Shown piece by piece: positions 1-8,205 of a DNA stretch of 28,984 bases. The notes below the pieces were generated by a model, which made no database searches, was not told the DNA's origin, and was given only the letters and a program-made list of their open reading frames with translations. Within the stretch, counting starts at the first letter, position 1; every line of letters begins with the position of its first letter. The translations under genes were made by a program, and so were the position numbers. Source of the DNA: Symploca sp. SIO1C2 (GTDB lineage Bacteria > Cyanobacteriota > Cyanobacteriia > Cyanobacteriales > Coleofasciculaceae). Location of the stretch: contig JAAHFP010000026.1 of the NCBI GenBank assembly GCA_010672925.1, positions 64,001 through 92,984 on the forward strand. The letters are read 5' to 3'.

Positions 1-360
1 GGAGCTGAGGGAGCTGAGGGAGCTGAGGAAGCTGAGGAAGCTGGGGGAGCTGAGGGAGCTGGGGGAGCTGAGGGAGCTAGGGGAGCTGAGGGAGCTGAGG
101 GAGCTGAGGGAGCTGAGGGAGCTGAGGGAGCTGAGGAAGCTGGGGGAGCTGAGGGAGCTGAGGGAGCTGGGGGAGCTGAGGAAGCTGGGGGAGCTGAGGG
201 AGCTGGGGGAGCTGGGGGAGCTGAGGAAGCTGGGGGAGCTGAGGGAGCTGGGGGAGCTGAGGGAGCTAGGGGAGCTGAGGGAGCTGAGGGAGCTGAGGAA
301 GCTGGAGGAGCTAGGGGAGCTGGGGGAGCTGAGGGAGCTGAGGAAGCTGGAGGAGTTGAG
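1..360. repeat. Tandem array of about 40 nonamer units GGAGCTGAG (variants GAAGCTGAG, GGAGCTGGG, GGAGCTAGG, GGAGTTGAG)
   Basis: Direct reading shows strict 9-bp periodicity from position 1 to 360. Reading frames 1 and 2 stay open across the array, so a coding origin upstream of the window cannot be excluded. Confidence 0.9.
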
Positions 361-383
361 GGACAAGAGAGAACTTATAGCTA

Positions 384-420
384 TTGGATACAAAGCTCAA
401 GAAATCCCACCCAAAATTTC
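384..420 (+). repeat. Dispersed 37-bp module TTGGATACAAAGCTCAAGAAATCCCACCCAAAATTTC, with an identical copy at 14887..14923
   Basis: There is an exact 37/37 match between the two loci. Both copies sit immediately after a tandem short-repeat array, and the similarity continues through CACCCGAA. Confidence 0.85.
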
Positions 421-1080
421 ACCTCACCCGAACAATCATATCGTCAGTGTTGTCAAGTAAATTAGAGAATTTATTTCTAGGTGTTAAGTTCGCCAGCGTA
501 TCAATATTAGGTAGTAGGTGGTAGATCTTCGGTAAGGTTTCAGATTGCAGATTTTAGGGAATTTCCCATTCCTCATTCCCTTCTTCTGTTGCATAATAGA
601 TGTATTCCACAGCTTCGGAGTCCCTAAAGTGATTAAACTCACTAAGCCATTGTGGTAAAGATCACATGAATTTGCTTTGAAAGTCGAGACATTAGGGAGC
701 CTAAACTGCTAACCTTTAACAGATAGGCAAAGTAATGGTAATATTTGCCATTTTGCTATGTCAATCTAAAATAAGGAGGACTAAGCTCACAGGTGCAGCT
801 CCCAAGCCTATGCTAGCTCAGCTAACGGTATTCTGAATATGCTGCAAGCAACGGTTGATCAATACGACCGTTGTAAAATCTTAGTTGTAACAGATAGTGA
901 TAGGTGATCTTTTCTCGGTAAGTTCAACTCTAGACTATAAGGTAGATGGCAACCTTAAGCAAAAAAAAGCTTGTCCACACTATTAAGACTCAAGGCAACT
1001 TGGATTGGGCTTGAGAACTCGCTTAACAAAAGAACTTAACGCTTCTGCTCTCACCGAATGAATCTCGTAAAATCTTACTG

Positions 1081-2016
1081 ATGGAATGTCAGAATCAAAC
1101 CAAGAAAACAATGCCTAGTATGCAAAACCTATTTACGATTCAGTTTTGGGGCGTTAGAGGCAGTATCGCCTGTCCAGGTCCGGAGACTGTCCGGTATGGG
1201 GGCAACACTCCCTGTGTAGAGATGCGAGTTGGTGGGAAGCGTCTGATTTTTGATGGTGGCACTGGTTTGCGAGTTTTGGGACAGTCGCTGCTATCTCAGA
1301 TGCCGATAGAAGCTGATATGTTTTTTACTCACTCCCACTGGGATCACATTCAGGGTTTCCCTTTCTTTGTTCCTGCTTTTGTTCAGGGAAATTGCTTCAA
1401 TATTTACGGCGCGATCGCTCCTAATGGTGCAACAATTGAGCAGCGTCTGACAGATCAGATGCTTCACCCCAATTTCCCAGTTCCCATAAGAGCCATGCAA
1501 GCTGATTTGCACTTTCATGACCTGGAAGTTAAGGATAAGGTAGAGATTGGAGAAATTAGAATAGAAAATCTGCCACTGCACCATCCAGGTGAATCTGTAG
1601 GTTATCGGGTCACCTGGAATGGTTATTGTGCTGCTTACATCACTGATACAGAACATTTTGAAAAAACATTAGATGAAAATGTTCTAGCACTAGCCCGTGA
1701 TGCTGATGTCATGATTTACGACGCTACTTATACTGACGAAGAATACTACTCTCCAGTTTCCAGCAAGGTAGGCTGGGGTCATTCAACTTGGCAGGAAGCA
1801 GTTAAAGTTGCCCAAGCTGCTAATGTGAAACAGCTGGTGATTTTCCATCATGACCCTCTACACAACGATGATTTCCTAGATCATGTTTGGGAACAAGCGA
1901 CTCAGGTGTTCCCTGGAACGATTATGGCTCGCGAAGGCTTGTCAATCGACTTATTGGAACCCCCTGAGTTAAAAAAAAACTGTATAGCTTCCCCGGAAGA
2001 GATCATAAAAGTTTAG
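1081..2016 (+). CDS. MBL-fold metallo-hydrolase (beta-lactamase-like)
   Basis: The protein carries the HxHxDH motif (FTHSHWDHIQG) plus downstream His/Asp ligands, with the typical length of about 300 aa. The true start may be the internal Met at 1111. Confidence 0.75.
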   Translation: MECQNQTKKTMPSMQNLFTIQFWGVRGSIACPGPETVRYGGNTPCVEMRVGGKRLIFDGGTGLRVLGQSLLSQMPIEADMFFTHSHWDHIQGFPFFVPAFVQGNCFNIYGAIAPNGATIEQRLTDQMLHPNFPVPIRAMQADLHFHDLEVKDKVEIGEIRIENLPLHHPGESVGYRVTWNGYCAAYITDTEHFEKTLDENVLALARDADVMIYDATYTDEEYYSPVSSKVGWGHSTWQEAVKVAQAANVKQLVIFHHDPLHNDDFLDHVWEQATQVFPGTIMAREGLSIDLLEPPELKKNCIASPEEIIKV

Positions 2017-2225
2017 AACAGCAATTAGTAAATAGTAATCACTAAATTAAACTAGTACAGCACGGCGGAAATGAACTTCCGGCCTCAAAGCCTTCTGACT
2101 TGAAAGTAGGCAACAGGCAACTTCGGAAGAAGTTACTTTCATTACCTGGTGGTGAAAAATTTTTTCATCGGGACTGCTTCCAAAACACTAGCTAAGAATG
2201 ACCTCAATATGTCAAAATATTAAGT

Positions 2226-3272
2226 GTGTGGGTTACATCTTCTCTTGCCACTGCTTTAACACCAACCGCTGTTGCCCTAGGAAACTTTGACGGCGTCCAT
2301 CTTGGGCATCAGCAAGTTATCCAGCCAATTTTGCAGACAACGGCTTCCTCTGGCGAAGTTACAAATGAATTGTCTGTCGAAGATTGTCAAGTCCCCCTAG
2401 AAAGATTCAGTTCGCCACTCCTTAAAGAAAATTTTGATAATCCGTTGGCTCAGGGAAGAGGGCATGTGTATCCCACTGTAGCCACATTTAATCCCCATCC
2501 CCGTGAATTTTTTTCCGGTATTTCCTGGAAACTGCTGACCCCGCGTTCAGAAAAGGTAAAGCAATTAAGTATCTTAGGGGTTGAACAGCTGGTATTATTA
2601 CCTTTTGATCGGGAACTTGCCTCCCTGAGTCCCCAGCAATTCGTGGAAAAGATTTTAGTAAAGCAGTTAGGCGTGAAGTGGGTAAGTGTGGGAGAAGATT
2701 TTCGCTTTGGGCATAAAAGAGCTGGAACATCTGCTGACTTAAAAGCGATCGCTTCTTCCTATGGCGTTAATGTTAATATTGTATCTTTGCAAACTTGTCA
2801 AGGAGAACGTATTAGTAGCTCTATAATTCGCCAAGCTTTGGAGCAGGGGAATGTGACTCAAGCCAAGCAACGGTTGGGACGTCCCTACAGTCTCACCGGC
2901 GTAGTCGTGAAGGGTCAACAACTCGGCAGAACCATGGGATTTCCTACTGCTAACTTGGAACTACCGCCAGAGAAGTTTTTACCAAGGCAAGGAGTCTATG
3001 GTGTCAGAGTTGATGTACCTTCCCTAAGTTCACCAATATCCTCCCAACCTGGTGTGATGAACATCGGTATGCGCCCTACCGTAAGTGGTAAAGCTTTGAG
3101 TGTTGAAGTTCACTTGCTAGATTGGTTCGGTGATTTATATGGGCAGACAATAAAAGTGAGTTTAGAACAGTTTTTGCGACCGGAACAAAAATTTACCTCC
3201 CTAGATAACCTTAAAGCGCAAATTCAGGAAGACTGCGCTGTAGCAAGAGCTTTTTTCGAGAATGGGAGATGA
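2226..3272 (+). CDS. ribF: Bifunctional riboflavin kinase / FMN adenylyltransferase RibF
   Basis: The N-terminal nucleotidyltransferase motif is present (GNFDGVHLGHQ, then TFNPHP), and so is the C-terminal riboflavin kinase motif (GVVVKGQQLGRTMGFPTANLE). The ORF has a GTG start. Confidence 0.85.
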   Translation: MWVTSSLATALTPTAVALGNFDGVHLGHQQVIQPILQTTASSGEVTNELSVEDCQVPLERFSSPLLKENFDNPLAQGRGHVYPTVATFNPHPREFFSGISWKLLTPRSEKVKQLSILGVEQLVLLPFDRELASLSPQQFVEKILVKQLGVKWVSVGEDFRFGHKRAGTSADLKAIASSYGVNVNIVSLQTCQGERISSSIIRQALEQGNVTQAKQRLGRPYSLTGVVVKGQQLGRTMGFPTANLELPPEKFLPRQGVYGVRVDVPSLSSPISSQPGVMNIGMRPTVSGKALSVEVHLLDWFGDLYGQTIKVSLEQFLRPEQKFTSLDNLKAQIQEDCAVARAFFENGR

Positions 3273-3383
3273 GGAGAGGGGAGGCTAGGGGGATGGGGAG
3301 ATGGGGGAGATAGGGGAGATGGGAGGATAAAGAATACATCCCCAATTCCCAAACAACAAAGGACAAACAACAAACAACAATTC
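3273..3383. repeat. Purine-rich STRR-like tandem repeats (GGGGAGAT-type) followed by (CAAACAA)n
   Basis: The sequence reads gaggagaggggaggctagggggatggggagatgggggagataggggagatgggagg ... caaacaacaaaggacaaacaacaaacaacaa, lying between ribF and the MoxR gene. Confidence 0.8.
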
Positions 3384-3386
3384 CCA

Positions 3387-4295
3387 ATGAGACAACTTAT
3401 TGAGCAACTGACGGAAAATTTAGGTCAGACGATTGTCGGCAAAGCTGATGCCATTCGCTTGGTGCTGGTGGCTCTGCTGGCTGGGGGTCATGCTCTACTA
3501 GAAGATGTCCCAGGTGTCGGCAAAACTCTGTTAGCCAAGTCTTTAGCTCGTTCCATTGATGGCAAGTTTCAGCGTATTCAATGTACTCCGGATCTCTTAC
3601 CTACAGATATTACCGGTACCAATATCTGGAATCCTCAAAGCCGAGAGTTTGAATTTCTTGCTGGACCAGTGTTTACTAACATCCTCCTAGCAGATGAAAT
3701 TAATCGTGCAACTCCCCGCACCCAGTCGGCTTTGTTGGAAGTGATGGAAGAACAGCAAGTTACTGTAGATGGGGTCTCTCGTAGAGTAGCTCAACCCTTT
3801 TTTGTGATTGCTACCCAAAATCCCGTAGAGTATCAAGGGACTTTTCGGTTACCAGAGGCACAAATGGACAGATTTATCCTCTCCTTAAGCCTGGGTTATC
3901 CGACTCATTCCGAAGAACTCCAAATGTTGCAACGGCATCAGGAGGGTATGACTTTATCAGACCTCAGTCGGTGTATCTCGATAGAAGAATTGCTAGAGTT
4001 ACGTCGTCTTTGCTCCCAAGTAAAAGTGGAAACATCTTTACAGCAGTACATTATCGACTTGATCAGAGCTTCCCGTAACCATGAGCAAGTGACATTGGGT
4101 GTCAGTCCTCGCGGTACTATTGCTTTACAGCGAACAGCTCAAGCCCTGGCTTTTCTGGAAGGCAGAGACTATGTAATTCCGGATGATATTAAGTTTTTGG
4201 CACCTTATGTACTGGCTCATCGTCTGATGACTACAGGGGGTCGTCAAGCTAAGCCGCTTGTTGAACAGCTGCTGCATTCTGTTGCTATTCCTTGA
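3387..4295 (+). CDS. MoxR-family AAA+ ATPase
   Basis: Walker A is LLEDVPGVGKT, Walker B is LLADEINRA, and the arginine-finger region is QSALLEVMEEQQVTV. The length of about 300 aa is typical of MoxR/AAA_3. Confidence 0.85.
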   Translation: MRQLIEQLTENLGQTIVGKADAIRLVLVALLAGGHALLEDVPGVGKTLLAKSLARSIDGKFQRIQCTPDLLPTDITGTNIWNPQSREFEFLAGPVFTNILLADEINRATPRTQSALLEVMEEQQVTVDGVSRRVAQPFFVIATQNPVEYQGTFRLPEAQMDRFILSLSLGYPTHSEELQMLQRHQEGMTLSDLSRCISIEELLELRRLCSQVKVETSLQQYIIDLIRASRNHEQVTLGVSPRGTIALQRTAQALAFLEGRDYVIPDDIKFLAPYVLAHRLMTTGGRQAKPLVEQLLHSVAIP

Positions 4296-4302
4296 AGTTA
4301 TT

Positions 4303-4878
4303 ATGATGTCAAAGCCTGTGAGGTCAAAAAGTAGACTAGGCAAGGGAGGGAAATCACCTGTAATATTATTCCTCTTGCTGCTTGTCTGGAGTATTTGCCT
4401 GGGATGGGGAATGTCCTTAGTTGTAGCTGCTAAACCAACAGCAAGCATTGTTCAAGCTACTACAGTCATATCCGGTCCAGTTGACCCAATTCCAGAGCGT
4501 CACCAGCAAGGATATAAACTTTATTTGGAAAACTGCTCTGGTTGCCATATTGCCATACCACCAGAAGTACTACCGACAGATAGTTGGCGTCAGATTCTTC
4601 TAGAAATAGATCAGCACAATGGTAAAAAACTAGAGATTATTGGTCCGATTGTCCAGATTATGTGGAACTACCTGCGGGCTTTTTCTCGTCCTCTAATTAA
4701 ACAAACTGAGGATGAACCTATCCCTGAACTGATTAGAGAATCTCGTTATTTCCAGGCTCTACATCCACGAGTTGACTTACCTAGACGTTTGACTCATGAC
4801 ACCTGTGTCACTTGTCACCCTGGTGTTGCTCAATATGATTATCGTACTTTGACTCCGGAGTGGGAAAATTCCCTTTGA
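4303..4878 (+). CDS. Membrane-anchored diheme c-type cytochrome (DHC-like)
   Basis: The protein has two CxxCH heme-binding motifs (CSGCH and CVTCH) and an N-terminal hydrophobic helix. It starts 7 bp after the MoxR stop, so the two genes are probably co-transcribed. I chose the ATGATG at 4303 rather than the overlapping upstream ORF start at 4258. Confidence 0.6.
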   Translation: MMSKPVRSKSRLGKGGKSPVILFLLLLVWSICLGWGMSLVVAAKPTASIVQATTVISGPVDPIPERHQQGYKLYLENCSGCHIAIPPEVLPTDSWRQILLEIDQHNGKKLEIIGPIVQIMWNYLRAFSRPLIKQTEDEPIPELIRESRYFQALHPRVDLPRRLTHDTCVTCHPGVAQYDYRTLTPEWENSL

Positions 4879-4979
4879 TATCATGTCCGGTTGAATACTT
4901 ATCGTTAAGGCTGATGTGGGGACACGGAGAGGTTTTTCTCGTAAGTGATTAGGCGAACATGATATAGCAACCGCGAAAA

Positions 4980-5007
4980 GTAGAGACGTTGCATGCAACG
5001 TCTCTAC
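4980..5007. terminator. Perfect 28-bp palindrome GTAGAGACGTTGCATGCAACGTCTCTAC between convergent genes
   Basis: The sequence is exactly self-complementary. It lies between the 3' ends of the cytochrome gene (+) and the phosphoesterase gene (-), so it is a candidate bidirectional terminator or stem-loop. Confidence 0.5.
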
Positions 5008-5041
5008 AGGGTAGAAAATAATGGGAATATGTCAAATTTAT

Positions 5042-5791
5042 TTATTCGTCTATTTCCAAAACTAACTTGAGATTCACTACATTTTTCTTCCTTTCCCGAG
5101 GATAGCGCAAGGCGTTTTGAATATATCTGACATTATCAATTAAAGTATCATGATTGATATGACTATGGCCAAAAATATGTATTTTTGAGCCAATTAATTT
5201 TATTTGAGCAGCTAATACTGTACTAACTGATACATCTGGCAATTTTTTGAATTTTAGGTACTTCGGATTTGGTAACAACTTAGCGGTTGGCAGAAAATGG
5301 GAAAATGATATAACAGTATCTTCGTAACTTTTTAAGTACTGTTTATTTAATGAGCCAAAATATTCTGCTAAATCCATCGAAAATAACGGCCATTCACATA
5401 AATAATAATCAGCCCATTCAGGAATAATAGTATTGTTATCTAATGGTATTTTACAATGATACCAAGAAAATAAAGGAATTATCCAATGGGCTTGGAATTT
5501 ATGGGGTTTTGTGATAATACCTCTGCTACTGCACAAATTGATAATTGTATCTAATTTATGCAAAGAACTATAGCGATAATTTCTAGTCCATAATTCATGA
5601 TTTCCAGGAGTATAGAAGACGTATTTAAATTTATTTTGTAGCAAATCGAAGGTTTTGTTAATGATATCTAAATTATCAGAGATATCACCGGCAATAATTA
5701 GAGAATCATGAGGGTAGTTACCAATTTTTTTAATTAAGTTGAAATTATCTATAAAATCTGTATGAATATCTGATATTGCATATAGCTTCAT
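5042..5791 (-). CDS. Calcineurin-like metallophosphoesterase
   Basis: The motifs are ISDIHTD, AGDISDN, GNHE and a C-terminal GHSH. The gene is markedly more AT-rich than its flanks. Confidence 0.8.
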   Translation of the reverse strand: MKLYAISDIHTDFIDNFNLIKKIGNYPHDSLIIAGDISDNLDIINKTFDLLQNKFKYVFYTPGNHELWTRNYRYSSLHKLDTIINLCSSRGIITKPHKFQAHWIIPLFSWYHCKIPLDNNTIIPEWADYYLCEWPLFSMDLAEYFGSLNKQYLKSYEDTVISFSHFLPTAKLLPNPKYLKFKKLPDVSVSTVLAAQIKLIGSKIHIFGHSHINHDTLIDNVRYIQNALRYPRERKKNVVNLKLVLEIDE

Positions 5792-6002
5792 TATTACAAA
5801 AAATGGGAATTACAACTGATTTGCATTGATGGACTTACATCAGTGTACCTTCAAAGCTATCTAGGCAATAGCTCATCTGGCAACAGTAAGTCATAATTGG
5901 CTTTGGAGAGTTTAGGAATGTTTTCACCTAAACTTGTAGCGTTATACTGTGAAACTAACAAAACTAGCACAAGCTTGGGGGTGAGTGCCTTAATACCCAA
6001 CC

Positions 6003-6812
6003 ATGATAGAAACAAGGTTTCAATGGTTGGAGGCAACTGGGATGATGTTTAACTTCATCGGTTTGAGTGCGAGTTTGGGACTCCTTACGCTACTAGTCTT
6101 TGGCTTACTGCAATGGTTACATATTAGTGCCGGTCATTTCTTGGATTGGGTGATTGCTGTCTTGAGTTTTTGGTGGTTGTTGGCGATTGTGACAGTACCT
6201 TGGAATGTCCACTTAGAAGCCAGGGAAGTTTTGACAGAAGCTGCAGCTTCTCGCAACCAAGGGATTGCTGTTGATGCTAAGCAAATCGACTATGTAAGAA
6301 CTTTATCGAAGCGATCGCTAATTGTCGCTATATCTCTGCATCTGTTATCAGCTGCTGGTCTTTACACTTTAGCAGCTACTGGCATCAGTGCCGTTGGTTA
6401 CATCACCTCCGGCGCGGCTTTGCTCCTAACTGCATTGCGTCCAGCCGTAAGATTTTATGAGTATTTAGCAGCTAGACTAGCGATGATTCGGCGAGAATTT
6501 AAGTATCCCCGGGAAGATATCATGGAGTTGCGATCGCGCTTTGACAATTTGGAGAGTACTGTCCAATACTTGAGTCAGCAAATAGATCTGGCAAATTCTG
6601 ACTCTTTGGCAGCTACCCAGCAGCAGTATGCAGAAAAAACTCGTCAAGATTTAGTTAATCTTAAAGCCTCTGTCGAACAACTAGCAGCAAGGAACGAAGC
6701 AGAACATCAGCGCCTTGCTCTTGAAGCTCAACAAGGAATTTCTCAGCTGACTGTAGATAGTCAATTCTTAGAGCATGTCCGCGAAATTATTCGCTTTTTC
6801 AAGGAAACATGA
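6003..6812 (+). CDS. Hypothetical membrane protein with C-terminal coiled coil
   Basis: Three to four N-terminal hydrophobic helices are followed by a Gln/Ala/Glu-rich region with heptad periodicity. There is no recognisable catalytic motif. Confidence 0.55.
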   Translation: MIETRFQWLEATGMMFNFIGLSASLGLLTLLVFGLLQWLHISAGHFLDWVIAVLSFWWLLAIVTVPWNVHLEAREVLTEAAASRNQGIAVDAKQIDYVRTLSKRSLIVAISLHLLSAAGLYTLAATGISAVGYITSGAALLLTALRPAVRFYEYLAARLAMIRREFKYPREDIMELRSRFDNLESTVQYLSQQIDLANSDSLAATQQQYAEKTRQDLVNLKASVEQLAARNEAEHQRLALEAQQGISQLTVDSQFLEHVREIIRFFKET

Positions 6813-6879
6813 GGGACTTTATAGCTTATAATGCATACCATAAGTGAACATATAAGTCCAATAAGAGAGTTTACTGAGA

Positions 6880-7470
6880 GTGAGTTCTATGGTAGCTAAA
6901 GTTCAACAACTTACCCTTGAAGAATATCTTACTCTTGAGAATAATGCAGATATCCGATATGAATTAGTAGATGGTCAACTGATAGAGATGCCTCCAGAAA
7001 CTGATCGAAACAACTTAATTGCGCTTTATCTCCTATCAGCGTTTCTCAAATTCGTATCCTTGCATTTAATTCGTCATAAGGACACAGAAATTGTGGTCAC
7101 GGGTAGCCGTATTAGAGTACGTTTGCCTGATTTGATGGTTTTAACAGAAGAGCTTTTTACGGCGATAGGAGGTAAACGGGCAACAATTACTCCAGATATG
7201 CCTTCTCCTGCCCTAGTTGTTGAAGTTGTTTCTCCAGGTAAGGTTAATGAAGATAGGGATTACCGTTACAAGCGTTCTGAGTATGCAGCTAGAGGAATTT
7301 CAGAATATTGGATTGTAGATCCAATTAAGGCAAAAGTGACGGTTCTTACCTTAGTTGATGGATTATATGAAGAAGCAATATTTGAAGGAGATGATATTGT
7401 TCAATCAAGCATTTTACCGGATTTAAAGTTGACAGCAAGTCAAATCTTAGGGGCAGATTATGTAGTTTAA
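6880..7470 (+). CDS. Uma2 family (DUF820) PD-(D/E)XK endonuclease-like protein
   Basis: The N-terminus reads LTLEEYLTLEN...YELVDGQL, and the protein also has PDLMV, EVVSPG and EYWIVDP. It is about 190 aa. Confidence 0.75.
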   Translation: MSSMVAKVQQLTLEEYLTLENNADIRYELVDGQLIEMPPETDRNNLIALYLLSAFLKFVSLHLIRHKDTEIVVTGSRIRVRLPDLMVLTEELFTAIGGKRATITPDMPSPALVVEVVSPGKVNEDRDYRYKRSEYAARGISEYWIVDPIKAKVTVLTLVDGLYEEAIFEGDDIVQSSILPDLKLTASQILGADYVV

Positions 7471-7562
7471 ACGATCACTTTACACTTGATTGATACAAAT
7501 TCACCCTGATACTGTTGCCTAACCTCGCTAATAACCTATACAAATAAACCAAGTTTTATATT

Positions 7563-8135
7563 ATGATTGCTATACCATCTGGATTTAACCTAAAAGACTA
7601 CCTTGTGCTCGAAGGTGACAGTAACATCCGGCATGAATACCGATATGGTTCAGTCTATGCAATGGCAGGAGGAAGTGATGATCATGATGAAATCTCACTT
7701 AATTTAATTGAACTCTTACGCCAGAAGGTTCGAGCTCAAGGTTGCTCAGTTCGCTCAGGTAATGTCAAAGTTAATTATGCGGATGCGTTTTTCTACTATC
7801 CAGATGCCTTCGTCACTTGTGACCCCCGAGATAGTGAAGATAGATATGTTAAACGCCATCCTAAATTGATTGCTGAAGTGTTGTCCCCTTCTACAGAAAA
7901 GTTTGATCGAGGAGAGAAGTTTGAGGATTATCAACAAATTGAATCATTGGAAGAATATGTTTTAATCGCACAGGATAAAATACAGGTGGAATGTCGCCGT
8001 CGAGTGCGAGATGAACAGGGAGAGCGATGGAAAACGGAGGTTTATGGAGCAGGTGAACGGGTGGTTTTGCAGAGTGTTGGATTGGAAGTAGCGATCGATG
8101 AATTGTATCGAGGTGTTAGTCTGAACATCGGTTAG
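7563..8135 (+). CDS. Uma2 family (DUF820) endonuclease-like protein
   Basis: The motifs are DYLVLEGDSNIRHEYRYG, PDAFV and AEVLSPST..EK..Y. It sits in tandem with the preceding Uma2 gene. Confidence 0.75.
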   Translation: MIAIPSGFNLKDYLVLEGDSNIRHEYRYGSVYAMAGGSDDHDEISLNLIELLRQKVRAQGCSVRSGNVKVNYADAFFYYPDAFVTCDPRDSEDRYVKRHPKLIAEVLSPSTEKFDRGEKFEDYQQIESLEEYVLIAQDKIQVECRRRVRDEQGERWKTEVYGAGERVVLQSVGLEVAIDELYRGVSLNIG

Positions 8136-8205
8136 TAATGTGTTTATTTGAATAAGTAATTTGCTTTACCGTAAACTTTAGTTCAAAGTAGCAAACCTTG
8201 ATCTG

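Noticed and set aside
1-465. Calling the nonamer array at the window start as the C-terminal part of a protein-coding gene (frames 1 and 2 are open to 465)
   Set aside because: No start codon or upstream context is visible. Identical arrays elsewhere in the window are clearly intergenic, and the following 37-bp module also occurs between convergent genes. I left it as a repeat with the coding possibility noted.
800-900. A tRNA-like string (TAGCTCAGCTAACGGTA ... CAACGGTTGATCAATACGACCGTTG) in the long 5' intergenic region
   Set aside because: The D-arm-like segment is not followed by a proper anticodon stem. The putative T-arm has a 7-bp stem with an 11-nt loop instead of a 5-bp stem with a 7-nt TPsiC loop, and no acceptor stem can be paired. 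It is not a tRNA.
4258-4302. The upstream extension of the diheme cytochrome ORF (start 4258, overlapping the MoxR 3' end)
   Set aside because: The extension adds a 15-aa MLNSCCILLLFLEVI segment that overlaps MoxR coding sequence. The ATGATG at 4303 gives a charged N-terminus before the TM helix, which is a typical signal-anchor arrangement, and leaves a 7-bp gap. I prefer the shorter start.
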